Assembly (NCBI RefSeq): GCF_041886205.1
Contig: NZ_CP169029.1
DNA length: 64,000 bases
Strand: one strand, 5' to 3'
Origin: Escherichia coli
GTDB taxonomy: Bacteria > Pseudomonadota > Gammaproteobacteria > Enterobacterales > Enterobacteriaceae
Made by a program: the position numbers and the translations under genes. Below, in pieces: positions 1 to 9,971 of the stretch (within the stretch, counting starts at the first letter, position 1; the number at the start of each line of letters is the position of its first letter). The notes under the pieces are model-generated. The model worked only from the letters and a program-made list of their open reading frames with translations, did no database searches and was not told where the DNA came from.

Positions 1-1
1 A

Positions 2-868
2 GTGCTGATCGCGGTGATTCTGGGCATGGTTGTTTATGGCGTATTTGAAGGTGAAGGCGCTGGTACGCTGGCGAGCACTCGTCCATTCTGGTCTGGCGAT
101 GCGCATGTTATCCCGATGATTACCGGGGCGACAATCCTATGCTTCTCCTTTACCGGCTTTGACGGCATCAGCAACCTGTCGGAAGAAACCAAAGATGCAG
201 AGCGCGTGATCCCGCGTGCGATTTTCCTGACCGCGCTGATTGGCGGCATGATCTTCATCTTTGCAACTTACTTCCTGCAGCTGTACTTCCCGGATATCTC
301 TCGCTTTAAAGATCCGGATGCGTCACAGCCTGAAATCATGCTGTATGTTGCAGGTAAAGCATTCCAGGTTGGTGCGCTGATCTTCTCCACCATTACCGTA
401 CTGGCGTCCGGTATGGCGGCGCATGCAGGCGTTGCGCGTCTGATGTACGTAATGGGGCGTGACGGCGTATTCCCGAAAAGCTTCTTCGGTTATGTACACC
501 CGAAATGGCGTACTCCGGCGATGAACATCATCCTGGTTGGCGCGATTGCCTTGCTGGCAATCAACTTCGACCTGGTAATGGCTACAGCGCTGATCAACTT
601 TGGTGCGTTGGTGGCGTTCACCTTCGTTAACCTGTCGGTCATCTCGCAGTTCTGGATCCGTGAGAAGCGTAACAAGACGCTGAAAGATCACTTCCAGTAT
701 CTGTTCCTGCCGATGTGTGGTGCGCTGACCGTTGGTGCGCTGTGGGTTAACCTGGAAGAAAGCTCAATGGTTCTGGGTCTGATCTGGGCGGCTATCGGTC
801 TGATTTACCTGGCTTGCGTCACCAAGAGTTTCCGTAATCCGGTTCCGCAGTACGAAGACGTAGCGTAA
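2..868 (+). CDS. plaP: Putrescine importer PlaP (APC-family permease), C-terminal part; 5' end lies outside the window
   Basis: ORF open from window start; polytopic membrane protein; synteny upstream of yeeE/yeeD; hairpin plus T-run after the stop. Confidence 0.8.
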   Translation: MLIAVILGMVVYGVFEGEGAGTLASTRPFWSGDAHVIPMITGATILCFSFTGFDGISNLSEETKDAERVIPRAIFLTALIGGMIFIFATYFLQLYFPDISRFKDPDASQPEIMLYVAGKAFQVGALIFSTITVLASGMAAHAGVARLMYVMGRDGVFPKSFFGYVHPKWRTPAMNIILVGAIALLAINFDLVMATALINFGALVAFTFVNLSVISQFWIREKRNKTLKDHFQYLFLPMCGALTVGALWVNLEESSMVLGLIWAAIGLIYLACVTKSFRNPVPQYEDVA

Positions 869-886
869 TCATCTTTTGTAATAATA

Positions 887-924
887 AACCGGAGTCGAAT
901 GAATATTGGGCTCCGGTTTTTTTA
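887..924 (+). terminator. Rho-independent terminator after plaP
   Basis: Stem CCGGAG/CTCCGG followed by a T7-8 run. Confidence 0.7.
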
Positions 925-1046
925 TTCTTTTTTATCGACATCCTCATTAATAACCATTTGTTCTAATTTAGAGAATTTGGTTATTGGTCTGCATTCCACC
1001 AGTCATGAATAATTTCCCTATTAACATTCATCTGGTTAATTAATTT

Positions 1047-2105
1047 ATGTTTTCAATGATATTAAGCGGGCTAATTTGTGGTGCTCTGCTGGGATTTGTC
1101 ATGCAGCGTGGGCGTTTTTGCCTGACAGGTGGTTTTCGCGATATGTATATCGCGAAAAATAATCGCATGTTTTACGCCTTGCTGATTGCAATTTCGGTAC
1201 AAAGCGTGGGGGTTTTTGCGTTAATTCAGGCGGGCCTACTGACTTACGAAGCCGGGGCGTTCCCGTGGCTTGGTACTGTTATAGGTGGGTATATCTTCGG
1301 GCTGGGAATTGTTCTGGCGGGTGGATGTGCCACCGGGACCTGGTATCGCGCGGGTGAGGGATTGATCGGCAGTTGGATCGCGCTTTTCACTTATATGGTG
1401 ATGAGTGCGGTGATGCGTTCTCCACATGTCAGTGGTTTAAATCAAACCTTGCAGCACTACAGTACTGAACATAACTCCATTGCCGAGACGTTTAATCTGT
1501 CTGTGTGGCCGTTGATTGCCGTTTTGCTGGTGATAACTTTCTGGGTGGTGATGAAAGAGTTGAAGAAGCCAAAACTCAAAGTCGCGACCTTACCGCCGCG
1601 CCGAACCGGGATCGCTCATATTCTGTTTGAAAAACGCTGGCATCCCTTTGTCACTGCTGTACTCATCGGTTTGATTGCGCTTTTAGCCTGGCCCCTGAGT
1701 GAAGCAACCGGACGCATGTTTGGGTTAGGAATCACTTCCCCAACGGCCAATATTCTGCAATTTCTGGTCGCGGGTGACGTGAAATACATTAACTGGGGCG
1801 TTTTCCTGGTGTTAGGGATCTTCGTGGGGTCATTTATTGCAGCCAAAGCGAGCCGTGAGTTCCGCGTTCGCGCAGCTGATGCACAAACAACATTACGTAG
1901 CGGGTTAGGTGGTGTACTGATGGGCTTCGGTGCCAGTATTGCAGGTGGTTGCTCTATCGGTAATGGACTGGTTATGACTGCAATGATGACCTGGCAGGGC
2001 TGGATTGACCTTGTATTTATGATTCTCGGAGTCTGGACTGCGTCCTGGCTTGTGTATGTTCGACCGCAGCGTAAGGCGCGACTGGCAACTGCTGCGGCAA
2101 ATTAA
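1047..2105 (+). CDS. yeeE: Thiosulfate transporter YeeE/TsuA (inner membrane)
   Basis: 352-aa polytopic membrane ORF immediately upstream of the TusA-like yeeD; length matches K-12 YeeE. Confidence 0.9.
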   Translation: MFSMILSGLICGALLGFVMQRGRFCLTGGFRDMYIAKNNRMFYALLIAISVQSVGVFALIQAGLLTYEAGAFPWLGTVIGGYIFGLGIVLAGGCATGTWYRAGEGLIGSWIALFTYMVMSAVMRSPHVSGLNQTLQHYSTEHNSIAETFNLSVWPLIAVLLVITFWVVMKELKKPKLKVATLPPRRTGIAHILFEKRWHPFVTAVLIGLIALLAWPLSEATGRMFGLGITSPTANILQFLVAGDVKYINWGVFLVLGIFVGSFIAAKASREFRVRAADAQTTLRSGLGGVLMGFGASIAGGCSIGNGLVMTAMMTWQGWIDLVFMILGVWTASWLVYVRPQRKARLATAAAN

Positions 2106-2118
2106 GTAAGGTGTAAAG

Positions 2119-2346
2119 ATGGCGATTAAAAAGCTGGATGTGGTGACGCAGGTCTGTCCGTTTCCACTCATAGAAGCAAAAGCAGCACTGGCAGGAATGG
2201 CCAGCGGCGATGAGTTGGTAATTGAGTTTGATTGCACCCAGGCAACAGAAGCAATCCCACAATGGGCGGCAGAAGAAGGACATGCCATCACCGATTATCA
2301 GCAGATTGGCGATGCTGCGTGGAGCATCACCGTTCAAAAAGCCTGA
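2119..2346 (+). CDS. yeeD: TusA-like sulfur carrier YeeD/TsuB
   Basis: 75 aa with CPxP motif (VCPFP), 14 nt after the yeeE stop. Confidence 0.9.
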   Translation: MAIKKLDVVTQVCPFPLIEAKAALAGMASGDELVIEFDCTQATEAIPQWAAEEGHAITDYQQIGDAAWSITVQKA

Positions 2347-2388
2347 CCCAACATTGTCCTCCGCCGTATCAGTGGCGGAGGCTTCAAA

Positions 2389-3816
2389 CTAGACGATCTC
2401 TTCCGCGTACTGCCAAAGCGCTTTTAACAGCGCCACTTTTTCTTTATCGTCGGCATACTGCTGCGCCAGCATCTGAATCTCTTCTGCATAGCCTTGTAAA
2501 AACTCGGGTGTGAATACCTGGCGGCGGTGCTCCAGCCAACGTTGCTGCTCGGCATAATCCAGCGTCCCCGGGAAGTTGCGCGCCCGATAATTGAACAACA
2601 GCTTTTCAATCCGTTTATCAACAAAAGTGATATCCAGTGCCGGTAAATTACGCGGCTCGGTTTCCAGCACAATTTTCATTGCTGCACGATCGGCGTCACT
2701 GAAAAAGCCGTTATAAAGCTGTGCATCCACGTTATCTGAAGGCGTAAACGGTTCGGCTTCCGCGAATATCGCCACCACTTTTTCGCGCACTTGCGGATTT
2801 TCACGCAGAATTTTCAGGTTATTGAGGCAATGCTGACGATTAATTCCCAGTCGGTCGGCATCTTCCGGGCGTAGCGTATTCGCCTGGGCCAGCACCGGAC
2901 ATTTATTGATATGCACCAGCTTAACCGGAACGGCGGCGTTATCGCCAAGATCGGTTTTTGCGGTATATAAACGCTCGCGCAATGTGTCGCTATCCAGTTC
3001 CAGTAATGGCGAAATGTCTCCTGCCAAATCCACCATAATTACGGCATTGCGATTTTCAGGATGCCACGCCAGCGGTGCCACCCAGCTGGTATTGCCGCGC
3101 CATGCCCCAAACATTCCGGAAACGTGCACCAGGGGTTTCATCTGCGGAACATCAATCAACGCCATCAGTTTGTGTTTATTACGATGGGTAAAGAGATATT
3201 CAAACAGGCGTGGCTGACGCGTTTTTACCAGTTTCGCCATCGCAATAGTGGCGTACACATCAGCCATCGCATCGTGGGCGTTGCTATGTTCAATTCCATT
3301 CGCTTTGGTTAAATGCTCAAGGCGAAAGCTCGGTAGACCGTCATCATTTTCAGGCCAGTTTATTCCTTCCGGGCGCAGGGCATAACAGGCACGCATAACA
3401 TCCAGTAAATCCCAGCGCGAGTTATCATGCTGCCAGCTCCAGGCGTAAGGATCGTAGAAATTACGATAAAAAACGTTGCGTGTGACTTCGTCGTCGAAAC
3501 GCACATTGTTGTAGCCCAGAATACAGGTCTTCGGTACGTTAAAAAGCGAGTGAATACGGGCGGCAAACGCGGCTTCGTTTTCTCCTTTCGCCCGTGCTTC
3601 CTGCGGGGTAATACCGGTAATTAATACTGCTCCAGGCTGGGGCAAATAGTCATCCGCGGGCTTGCAGTAAAAGACTTCGGGTTCGCCGATGACATTGAAT
3701 TCGTTATCAGTGCGAATGGCTGCGAACTGTGCAGGGCGATCTAACGCGGGGTGCGTTCCAAAGGTTTCGTAATCGTGAAACAAAAAGGTAGATTGTTGCT
3801 TACCGTCATTCATCAT
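2389..3816 (-). CDS. sbcB: Exodeoxyribonuclease I
   Basis: Protein from the internal ATG begins MMNDGKQQSTFLFHDYETFG (475 aa); the track ORF has a 16-codon GTG extension. Confidence 0.92.
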   Translation of the reverse strand: MMNDGKQQSTFLFHDYETFGTHPALDRPAQFAAIRTDNEFNVIGEPEVFYCKPADDYLPQPGAVLITGITPQEARAKGENEAAFAARIHSLFNVPKTCILGYNNVRFDDEVTRNVFYRNFYDPYAWSWQHDNSRWDLLDVMRACYALRPEGINWPENDDGLPSFRLEHLTKANGIEHSNAHDAMADVYATIAMAKLVKTRQPRLFEYLFTHRNKHKLMALIDVPQMKPLVHVSGMFGAWRGNTSWVAPLAWHPENRNAVIMVDLAGDISPLLELDSDTLRERLYTAKTDLGDNAAVPVKLVHINKCPVLAQANTLRPEDADRLGINRQHCLNNLKILRENPQVREKVVAIFAEAEPFTPSDNVDAQLYNGFFSDADRAAMKIVLETEPRNLPALDITFVDKRIEKLLFNYRARNFPGTLDYAEQQRWLEHRRQVFTPEFLQGYAEEIQMLAQQYADDKEKVALLKALWQYAEEIV

Positions 3817-4024
3817 TAGGTTAAATCCGTTATTTCTGCTGTCTGCCAGAGTATCAAATATCACCGTGCTAATCAGCTTTAGCGCGACAATTTGGCAGCG
3901 AGTGACAACAGATCATGTCAGATAAAAATGAGATAGTAGTCACATTTTCTTGCACTTTATTCCAGCCAGTTCATAAGTATTTCCGTAAAAAGAACAGCTA
4001 TTTGAAACACCTGAGGGTTTGCTG

Positions 4025-5191
4025 TTGAAACGCCGTCTTATTATTGCTGCTTCTTTGTTCGTTTTTAATTTATCGTCTGGTTTTGCGGCGGAAAACATTC
4101 CTTTTTCACCTCAGCCTCCAGAGATTCATGCCGGGTCCTGGGTATTGATGGATTACACCACCGGTCAGATTCTCACCGCGGGTAATGAGCATCAACAGCG
4201 CAATCCCGCCAGCCTGACAAAGCTGATGACGGGCTATGTCGTGGATCGCGCTATCGATAGTCATCGCATTACGCCAGACGATATTGTCACCGTGGGGCGT
4301 GATGCGTGGGCGAAAGATAATCCGGTGTTTGTCGGTTCTTCACTGATGTTTTTGAAAGAGGGCGATCGCGTATCGGTACGTGATTTAAGCCGAGGTTTAA
4401 TTGTGGATTCCGGAAATGACGCGTGTGTTGCTCTGGCTGACTATATTGCCGGTGGGCAACGGCAGTTTGTTGAAATGATGAACAACTATGCCGAGAAGCT
4501 GCATCTCAAGGATACGCATTTTGAAACAGTGCATGGTCTGGATGCACCTGGCCAGCATAGCTCGGCTTATGATTTAGCTGTGCTTTCTCGCGCTATCATC
4601 CACGGCGAGCCCGAGTTTTATCATATGTACAGTGAGAAAAGTCTCACCTGGAACGGTATCACCCAGCAAAACCGTAACGGATTATTGTGGGATAAAACCA
4701 TGAATGTTGACGGCCTGAAAACGGGTCATACTTCTGGTGCCGGGTTTAATCTCATTGCTTCGGCTGTAGATGGGCAGCATCGTCTCATTGCAGTGATAAT
4801 GGGGGCTGACAGTGCAAAAGGTCGTGAGGAAGAGGCAAGAAAATTACTGCGTTGGGGGCAACAAAACTTTACTACGGTGCAAATTTTGCACCGTGGGAAA
4901 AAGGTCGGAACGGAACGCATCTGGTATGGCGATAAAGAAAATATCGACCTGGGAACGGAACAAGAGTTCTGGATGGTGCTACCGAAAGCCGAAATTCCAC
5001 ATATCAAAGCCAAATATACCCTTGATGGTAAAGAGCTCACCGCGCCAATTAGCGCCCATCAGCGGGTAGGGGAAATTGAACTTTACGACCGTGATAAACA
5101 GGTGGCGCACTGGCCGCTGGTTACCCTGGAATCTGTCGGGGAAGGCAGCATGTTTTCTCGCCTGAGTGATTATTTCCACCATAAGGCCTGA
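4025..5191 (+). CDS. dacD: D-alanyl-D-alanine carboxypeptidase DacD (PBP6b)
   Basis: Signal peptide; SxxK, SGN and KTG motifs; probable TTG start giving 388 aa. Confidence 0.9.
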   Translation: MKRRLIIAASLFVFNLSSGFAAENIPFSPQPPEIHAGSWVLMDYTTGQILTAGNEHQQRNPASLTKLMTGYVVDRAIDSHRITPDDIVTVGRDAWAKDNPVFVGSSLMFLKEGDRVSVRDLSRGLIVDSGNDACVALADYIAGGQRQFVEMMNNYAEKLHLKDTHFETVHGLDAPGQHSSAYDLAVLSRAIIHGEPEFYHMYSEKSLTWNGITQQNRNGLLWDKTMNVDGLKTGHTSGAGFNLIASAVDGQHRLIAVIMGADSAKGREEEARKLLRWGQQNFTTVQILHRGKKVGTERIWYGDKENIDLGTEQEFWMVLPKAEIPHIKAKYTLDGKELTAPISAHQRVGEIELYDRDKQVAHWPLVTLESVGEGSMFSRLSDYFHHKA

Positions 5192-5274
5192 CCTTTCTTT
5201 GCAGCAGACTGGCAGGAGTGCGAGTCTGCTCGCATAATCAACACTCATTCCTTGTGGTTTTAATATTGCAACTA

Positions 5275-5294
5275 TACTGTATATAAAAACAGTA
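5275..5294 (+). promoter_or_regulatory. LexA box (SOS operator) upstream of sbmC
   Basis: TACTGTATATAAAAACAGTA, a perfect CTGT-N8-ACAG palindrome about 15 nt before the sbmC start. Confidence 0.8.
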
Positions 5295-5308
5295 TTAATG
5301 GAGGCGTC

Positions 5309-5782
5309 ATGAACTACGAGATTAAGCAGGAAGATAAACGTACCGTTGCAGGTTTCCATCTCGTTGGCCCGTGGGAGCAGACGGTAAAGAAAGGTTTTGA
5401 GCAGTTGATGATGTGGGTAGATAACAAAAATATTGTGCCGAAGGAGTGGGTTGCTGTCTATTACGACAATCCAGATGAAACACCCGCCGAAAAATTACGC
5501 TGCGACACCGTCGTGACGGTACCGAATAACTTTACGCTCCCCGAAAACAGTGAGGGCGTCATTCTGACAGAAATTTCAGGTGGTCAGTATGCGGTTGCGG
5601 TGGCTCGTGTAGTCGGTGATGATTTTGCTAAACCCTGGTATCAGTTCTTTAATAGCCTCTTGCAGGACAGTGCTTATGAAATGTTACCAAAGCCCTGCTT
5701 CGAGGTTTATTTGAACAATGGCGCGGAAGATGGGTACTGGGATATCGAAATGTATGTTGCGGTGCAGCCAAAACATCACTAA
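5309..5782 (+). CDS. sbmC: DNA gyrase inhibitor SbmC/GyrI
   Basis: 157 aa; preceded by GGAGG RBS and a LexA box. Confidence 0.9.
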   Translation: MNYEIKQEDKRTVAGFHLVGPWEQTVKKGFEQLMMWVDNKNIVPKEWVAVYYDNPDETPAEKLRCDTVVTVPNNFTLPENSEGVILTEISGGQYAVAVARVVGDDFAKPWYQFFNSLLQDSAYEMLPKPCFEVYLNNGAEDGYWDIEMYVAVQPKHH

Positions 5783-5980
5783 TTCATCTCAGGGCGGTGT
5801 GTTAACGCGATGACCACTCTTTTTTTTGAAAGCGAAAAGAGTAAGATGCGCCTTTCAATTTTTTCGCTCCTGCCGGGAAATTACACTGTTCCCGGTTTGT
5901 CCGTCGGATAATTCAGAGGCGCGCCTTCTGGCCGACAGATGAGTTATGAGCGCTTTTAATCTTCATTACGGAGTTTCTGC

Positions 5981-7039
5981 GTGCGTGCCGATAAGTCATT
6001 AAGCCCGTTTGAAATCCGGGTATACCGCCATTACCGCATTGTGCATGGTACTCGGGTCGCGCTGGCATTCCTGCTCACTTTTCTCATTATCCGCCTGTTT
6101 ACTATCCCGGAAAGTACCTGGCCGCTGGTCACCATGGTGGTGATTATGGGGCCAATCTCGTTCTGGGGGAACGTTGTCCCTCGCGCATTCGAACGTATTG
6201 GCGGTACGGTGTTGGGGTCGATTTTAGGTCTTATCGCTCTGCAACTGGAGTTAATCTCGTTACCGCTGATGTTAGTCTGGTGCGCGGCGGCTATGTTTCT
6301 TTGCGGTTGGCTGGCGCTGGGCAAGAAACCGTATCAAGGTTTATTGATTGGGGTGACGCTGGCAATTGTTGTTGGTTCCCCGACAGGTGAAATTAATACG
6401 GCGTTATGGCGAAGCGGCGATGTGATCCTCGGCTCTTTACTGGCAATGTTGTTTACCGGTATCTGGCCACAACGGGCGTTCATCCACTGGCGCATTCAAC
6501 TGGCAAAAAGTCTGACCGAGTATAATCGGGTCTATCAATCTGCATTCTCACCGAACTTACTCGAACGCCCGCGTCTGGAAAGCCATCTACAAAAACTCCT
6601 GACCGATGCCGTGAAAATGCGTGGGCTGATTGCGCCCGCCAGCAAAGAAACCCGTATTCCAAAATCGATATATGAAGGTATCCAGACCATTAATCGCAAT
6701 CTGGTTTGTATGCTGGAGTTGCAAATCAATGCATACTGGGCCACGCGCCCCAGCCATTTCGTGTTATTGAACGCGCAAAAACTTCGTGATACCCAGCATA
6801 TGATGCAGCAAATACTGCTGAGCCTTGTTCATGCGCTGTACGAAGGTAATCCGCAGCCGGTTTTTGCCAATACGGAAAAATTGAACGATGCTGTGGAAGA
6901 GCTGCGTCAGTTGCTGAATAACCACCATGACCTGAAGGTTGTGGAAACACCAATCTATGGTTATGTGTGGCTGAACATGGAAACGGCACATCAGCTTGAG
7001 TTGCTATCGAATCTGATTTGCCGGGCCTTGCGCAAATAA
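5981..7039 (+). CDS. yeeA: Inner membrane protein YeeA (FUSC-like)
   Basis: 352-aa ORF with GTG start, hydrophobic N-terminal half; synteny. Confidence 0.85.
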   Translation: MRADKSLSPFEIRVYRHYRIVHGTRVALAFLLTFLIIRLFTIPESTWPLVTMVVIMGPISFWGNVVPRAFERIGGTVLGSILGLIALQLELISLPLMLVWCAAAMFLCGWLALGKKPYQGLLIGVTLAIVVGSPTGEINTALWRSGDVILGSLLAMLFTGIWPQRAFIHWRIQLAKSLTEYNRVYQSAFSPNLLERPRLESHLQKLLTDAVKMRGLIAPASKETRIPKSIYEGIQTINRNLVCMLELQINAYWATRPSHFVLLNAQKLRDTQHMMQQILLSLVHALYEGNPQPVFANTEKLNDAVEELRQLLNNHHDLKVVETPIYGYVWLNMETAHQLELLSNLICRALRK

Positions 7040-7210
7040 TTCCTGAACTTCAGAATCATCTTGCTGCTGCTTCGATTCAGCAAGGATAAAGGGTATGATA
7101 GTGAAAAGGGATAAAAGCATTGTCATCTGCGGCAGCTATGAGTAATGTTGGCCCTAACGAATAGCGGTTGCTTAAACGAATCCGACTCTCACATTATCAG
7201 GGGTATAAAA

Positions 7211-7540
7211 ATGGAAACTACCAAGCCTTCATTCCAGGACGTACTGGAATTTGTTCGTCTGTTCCGTCGTAAGAACAAACTGCAACGTGAAATTCAGGAC
7301 GTTGAGAAAAAGATCCGTGACAACCAGAAGCGCGTCCTGTTGCTGGACAACCTGAGCGATTACATCAAGCCAGGGATGAGCGTTGAAGCAATCCAGGGCA
7401 TCATCGCCAGCATGAAAGGTGACTATGAAGATCGCGTTGACGATTACATCATCAAAAATGCCGAGCTCTCCAAAGAACGCCGCGATATCTCCAAAAAGCT
7501 GAAAGCTATGGGCGAAATGAAAAACGGCGAAGCGAAGTAA
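7211..7540 (+). CDS. yeeX: DUF496 family protein YeeX
   Basis: 109 aa from internal ATG ([14 protein letters not shown]...); highly charged coiled-coil-like protein. Confidence 0.85.
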   Translation: METTKPSFQDVLEFVRLFRRKNKLQREIQDVEKKIRDNQKRVLLLDNLSDYIKPGMSVEAIQGIIASMKGDYEDRVDDYIIKNAELSKERRDISKKLKAMGEMKNGEAK

Positions 7541-7640
7541 TTCCCGTTTTATTCAATGAGGGTTGCCCGGCAACCCTCATTGCTCATTGATTCTTATCTG
7601 TGTATCACCGTCATCATTCTCATCTGAGAACCAATCGAAA

Positions 7641-7860
7641 TTAACAACAGCCTTCTTCTGTATGCAGCAAGGCAAAAAGTTCTGTAACTCCATTGTTATT
7701 AACTGCACTGGTTACTAACACGTTGTGCGCTCCAGCTTCCCGTAACCAACTTTTCACCAAAGATATTTGTTCCATGCTGGCTAAATCTGCTTTGGTTACT
7801 ACTCCAATGACCGGGTGATTCATGGCCCGGTAGGGCGTTTTTACCTCTAATTCCTGCTTC
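7641..7860 (-). pseudogene. EutP/PduV-like GTPase C-terminal fragment (yoeF-like remnant)
   Basis: C-terminal about 70 aa (...VIGVVTKADLASMEQISLVKSWLREAGAHNVLVTSAVNNNGVTELF...) resembles the EutP/PduV family; no N-terminal domain; upstream part of the track ORF is antisense to the IS66 remnant. Confidence 0.5.
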
Positions 7861-7861
7861 A

Positions 7862-8053
7862 GCGCTGAGATTCCTGCTTGTTGCCGGAAAAGCAGGCACC
7901 TGCCGTCTGAACGGTATCGATCCGGAAGCGTATCTGCGCCATATTCTGAGCATACTGCCGGAATGGCCCTCCAACCGTGTTGACGAACTCCTGCCATGGA
8001 ACGTAGTTCTCACCAATAAATAAGCGTCAATACGGTGCTCCGTTGACGCTTAC
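7862..8053 (+). mobile_element. IS66-family transposase 3' remnant including the terminal repeat (yoeD-like)
   Basis: Translation ...GIDPEAYLRHILSILPEWPSNRVDELLPWNVVLTNK* matches IS66 TnpC C-termini; ends with ...CGTTGACGCTTAC, resembling the IS66 right inverted repeat. Confidence 0.6.
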
Positions 8054-8072
8054 TTTAATCCGTTTTCTGAGC

Positions 8073-8153
8073 TTAGATTTTTCTGTTCCTACCCAGACCG
8101 TGGATTTGGAATTCATTTTTTGTCAGGTCAATGCTAATCGTTAAAACGGCCAT
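8073..8153 (-). pseudogene. Short ORF with IS110-family-like transposase N-terminus, abutting the IS66 remnant
   Basis: GGAGG RBS then MAVLTISIDLTKNEFQIHG..., reminiscent of IS110/IS1111 transposase N-termini; only 26 codons. Recall-based, weak. Confidence 0.3.
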
Positions 8154-8437
8154 AACGCACCTCCACTGGAAGGTTTATCAGTAATATCCTACCGTTGCTT
8201 CATGGTCGGGGCGTCCATTCCATTATTATCGGTTTTCCTTTCTGTTTATAAATGAAAACGCCAGCTGTATTCAGGCTGGCGTCAGGGGAAATGAAGCCTG
8301 TTGAGTGAGATTCACCGGTTCTGGTGCAGAAGCTGCAGATGGCGCAGGGTAAGGACATCTTCTCTTGCCTGCTTAATACAGGACAACAGTGCTGTTTCTG
8401 TGGTTAATGGTACTATACCCTGCATCACTGCATTGTC

Positions 8438-8632
8438 TTACAGCAACTGGTGAGGGCTGGCATAAGTTGCCGGTGTTTCGGTAGAGTCACGGTCATCCAC
8501 CACGCGGAGTGAATAACCTTTTTCAGCGGCCTTATTAATCAGTTCAGTGATATTAACACCATCAATGTCAACGACAATGTGCCCCATATCCAGCGCCTGT
8601 ACGTTAACGCTGTCGGCTTCCAGTGTCATCAT
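8438..8632 (-). CDS. Hypothetical 64-aa protein in the prophage-remnant segment (possibly YeeW/YpjJ-like)
   Basis: ATG with GGAGG 4 nt upstream; acidic protein MMTLEADSVNVQALDMGHIVVDIDGVNITELINKAAEKGYSLRV...; sits where yeeW would be by synteny but I cannot confirm identity. Confidence 0.45.
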   Translation of the reverse strand: MMTLEADSVNVQALDMGHIVVDIDGVNITELINKAAEKGYSLRVVDDRDSTETPATYASPHQLL

Positions 8633-8756
8633 TTCGCCTCCGGATACTTACCCAGGGTAATGTTATTTACCGTTCTGTAATTGTCGCGGGTCATCAGGCC
8701 GGTCGCCCTGCGAGCCCGGAGGATATCGATGCTGTTTATTAACTGAGAGCGGGTAT

Positions 8757-9460
8757 GGGCGCTGCTTCGCAGACAGGCAGAACTTGATGGTATGCCTGCG
8801 ATCAATGCCAAACGTGTTTACCGGATCATGCGCCAGAATGCGCTGTTGCTTGAGCGAAAACCTGCTGTACCGCCATCGAAACGGGCACATACAGGCAGAG
8901 TGGCCGTGAAAGAAAGCAATCAGCGATGGTGCTCTGACGGGTTCGAGTTCTGCTGTGATAACGGAGAGAGACTGCGTGTCACGTTCGCGCTGGACTGCTG
9001 TGATCGTGAGGCACTGCACTGGGCGGTCACTACCGGCGGCTTCAACAGTGAAACAGTACAGGACGTCATGCTGGGAGCGGTGGAACGCCGCTTCGGCAAC
9101 GATCTTCCGTCGTCTCCAGTGGAGTGGCTGACGGATAATGGTTCATGCTACCGGGCTAATGAAACACGCCAGTTCGCCCGGATGTTGGGACTTGAACCGA
9201 AGAACACGGCGGTGCGGAGTCCGGAGAGTAACGGAATAGCAGAGAGCTTCGTGAAAACGATAAAGCGTGACTACATCAGTATCATGCCCAAACCAGACGG
9301 GTTAACGGCAGCAAAGAACCTTGCAGAGGCGTTCGAGCATTATAACGAATGGCATCCGCATAGTGCGCTGGGTTATCGCTCGCCACGGGAATATCTGCGG
9401 CAGCGGGCTTGTAATGGGTTAAGTGATAACAGATGTCTGGAAATATAGGGGCAAATCCAG
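8757..9460 (+). mobile_element. insD: IS2, 5'-truncated (insD C-terminal about 230 codons plus right terminal repeat)
   Basis: ORF 8792-9448 matches IS2 InsD (…[22 protein letters not shown]…SDNRCLEI); in-frame homology begins about 8757 after a stop; IS2 right end TGGATTTGCCCCTATATTTCCAGACATCTGTTATCACTTA present in reverse complement at 9421-9460. Confidence 0.85.
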
Positions 9461-9792
9461 CCACGAATGCGGATTTGTTTACGGCCTGCCAAGGAGTTGT
9501 CTGTTATCTCTACTCCGGGGATGTCCTGCAAATTATCGGCTATGGAGGCATTGGTGGAGTTCTGCAATGTTTGTTGGTCAATAACCTGTATAGTCGCCGG
9601 GCTTTCCCAAAGGTTGCTTGCCGAACGATTCGTGGTCACGACGAGCGTCTCTTCGTTGCTGATTTTTGTTTCTGAAGAAGTTGCGGTTGCAGTAGAAACT
9701 ATCCCAGAAATGCATAATGACAGAGTGGAAAGGATATAAATTCGACAAGGTATATTATATAACATTTCATCCCTCATTAATACAAAGTACAA
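9461..9792 (-). pseudogene. yoeA: TonB-dependent outer-membrane receptor N-terminal (plug) fragment interrupted by IS2 (yoeA-like)
   Basis: Minus-strand translation ...ETLVVTTNRSASNLWESPATIQVIDQQTLQNSTNASIADNLQDIPGVEITDNSLAGRKQIRIRG is a TonB-box/plug region; reading frame runs into the IS2 end. Confidence 0.7.
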
Positions 9793-9822
9793 ATGATTGC
9801 TGTAATGATAATTATTTTCATT
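9793..9822 (-). promoter_or_regulatory. Fur box at the promoter of the disrupted TonB-dependent receptor
   Basis: AATGATTGCTGTAATGATAATTATTTTCATT closely matches the Fur consensus GATAATGATAATCATTATC. Confidence 0.6.
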
Positions 9823-9971
9823 TATGTTCTCATATATCTATAATTATTGTCATCTTCATAAATTGTAAATATCAAACATTTTTGACCTTAATCATGTTTT
9901 TTGATAGATATTTTACGACTGAACATATCCGTCGTTTCCTCTGACTCGTGTCAGTCGGTCTCTGGTTGTAT

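Noticed and set aside
9717-9944. 75-aa ORF (MTEWKGYKFDKVYYITFHPSLIQ...) upstream of the receptor fragment
   Set aside because: It spans the Fur-box promoter region, is Ile/Phe/Tyr-rich as expected from AT-rich non-coding DNA, and has no RBS.
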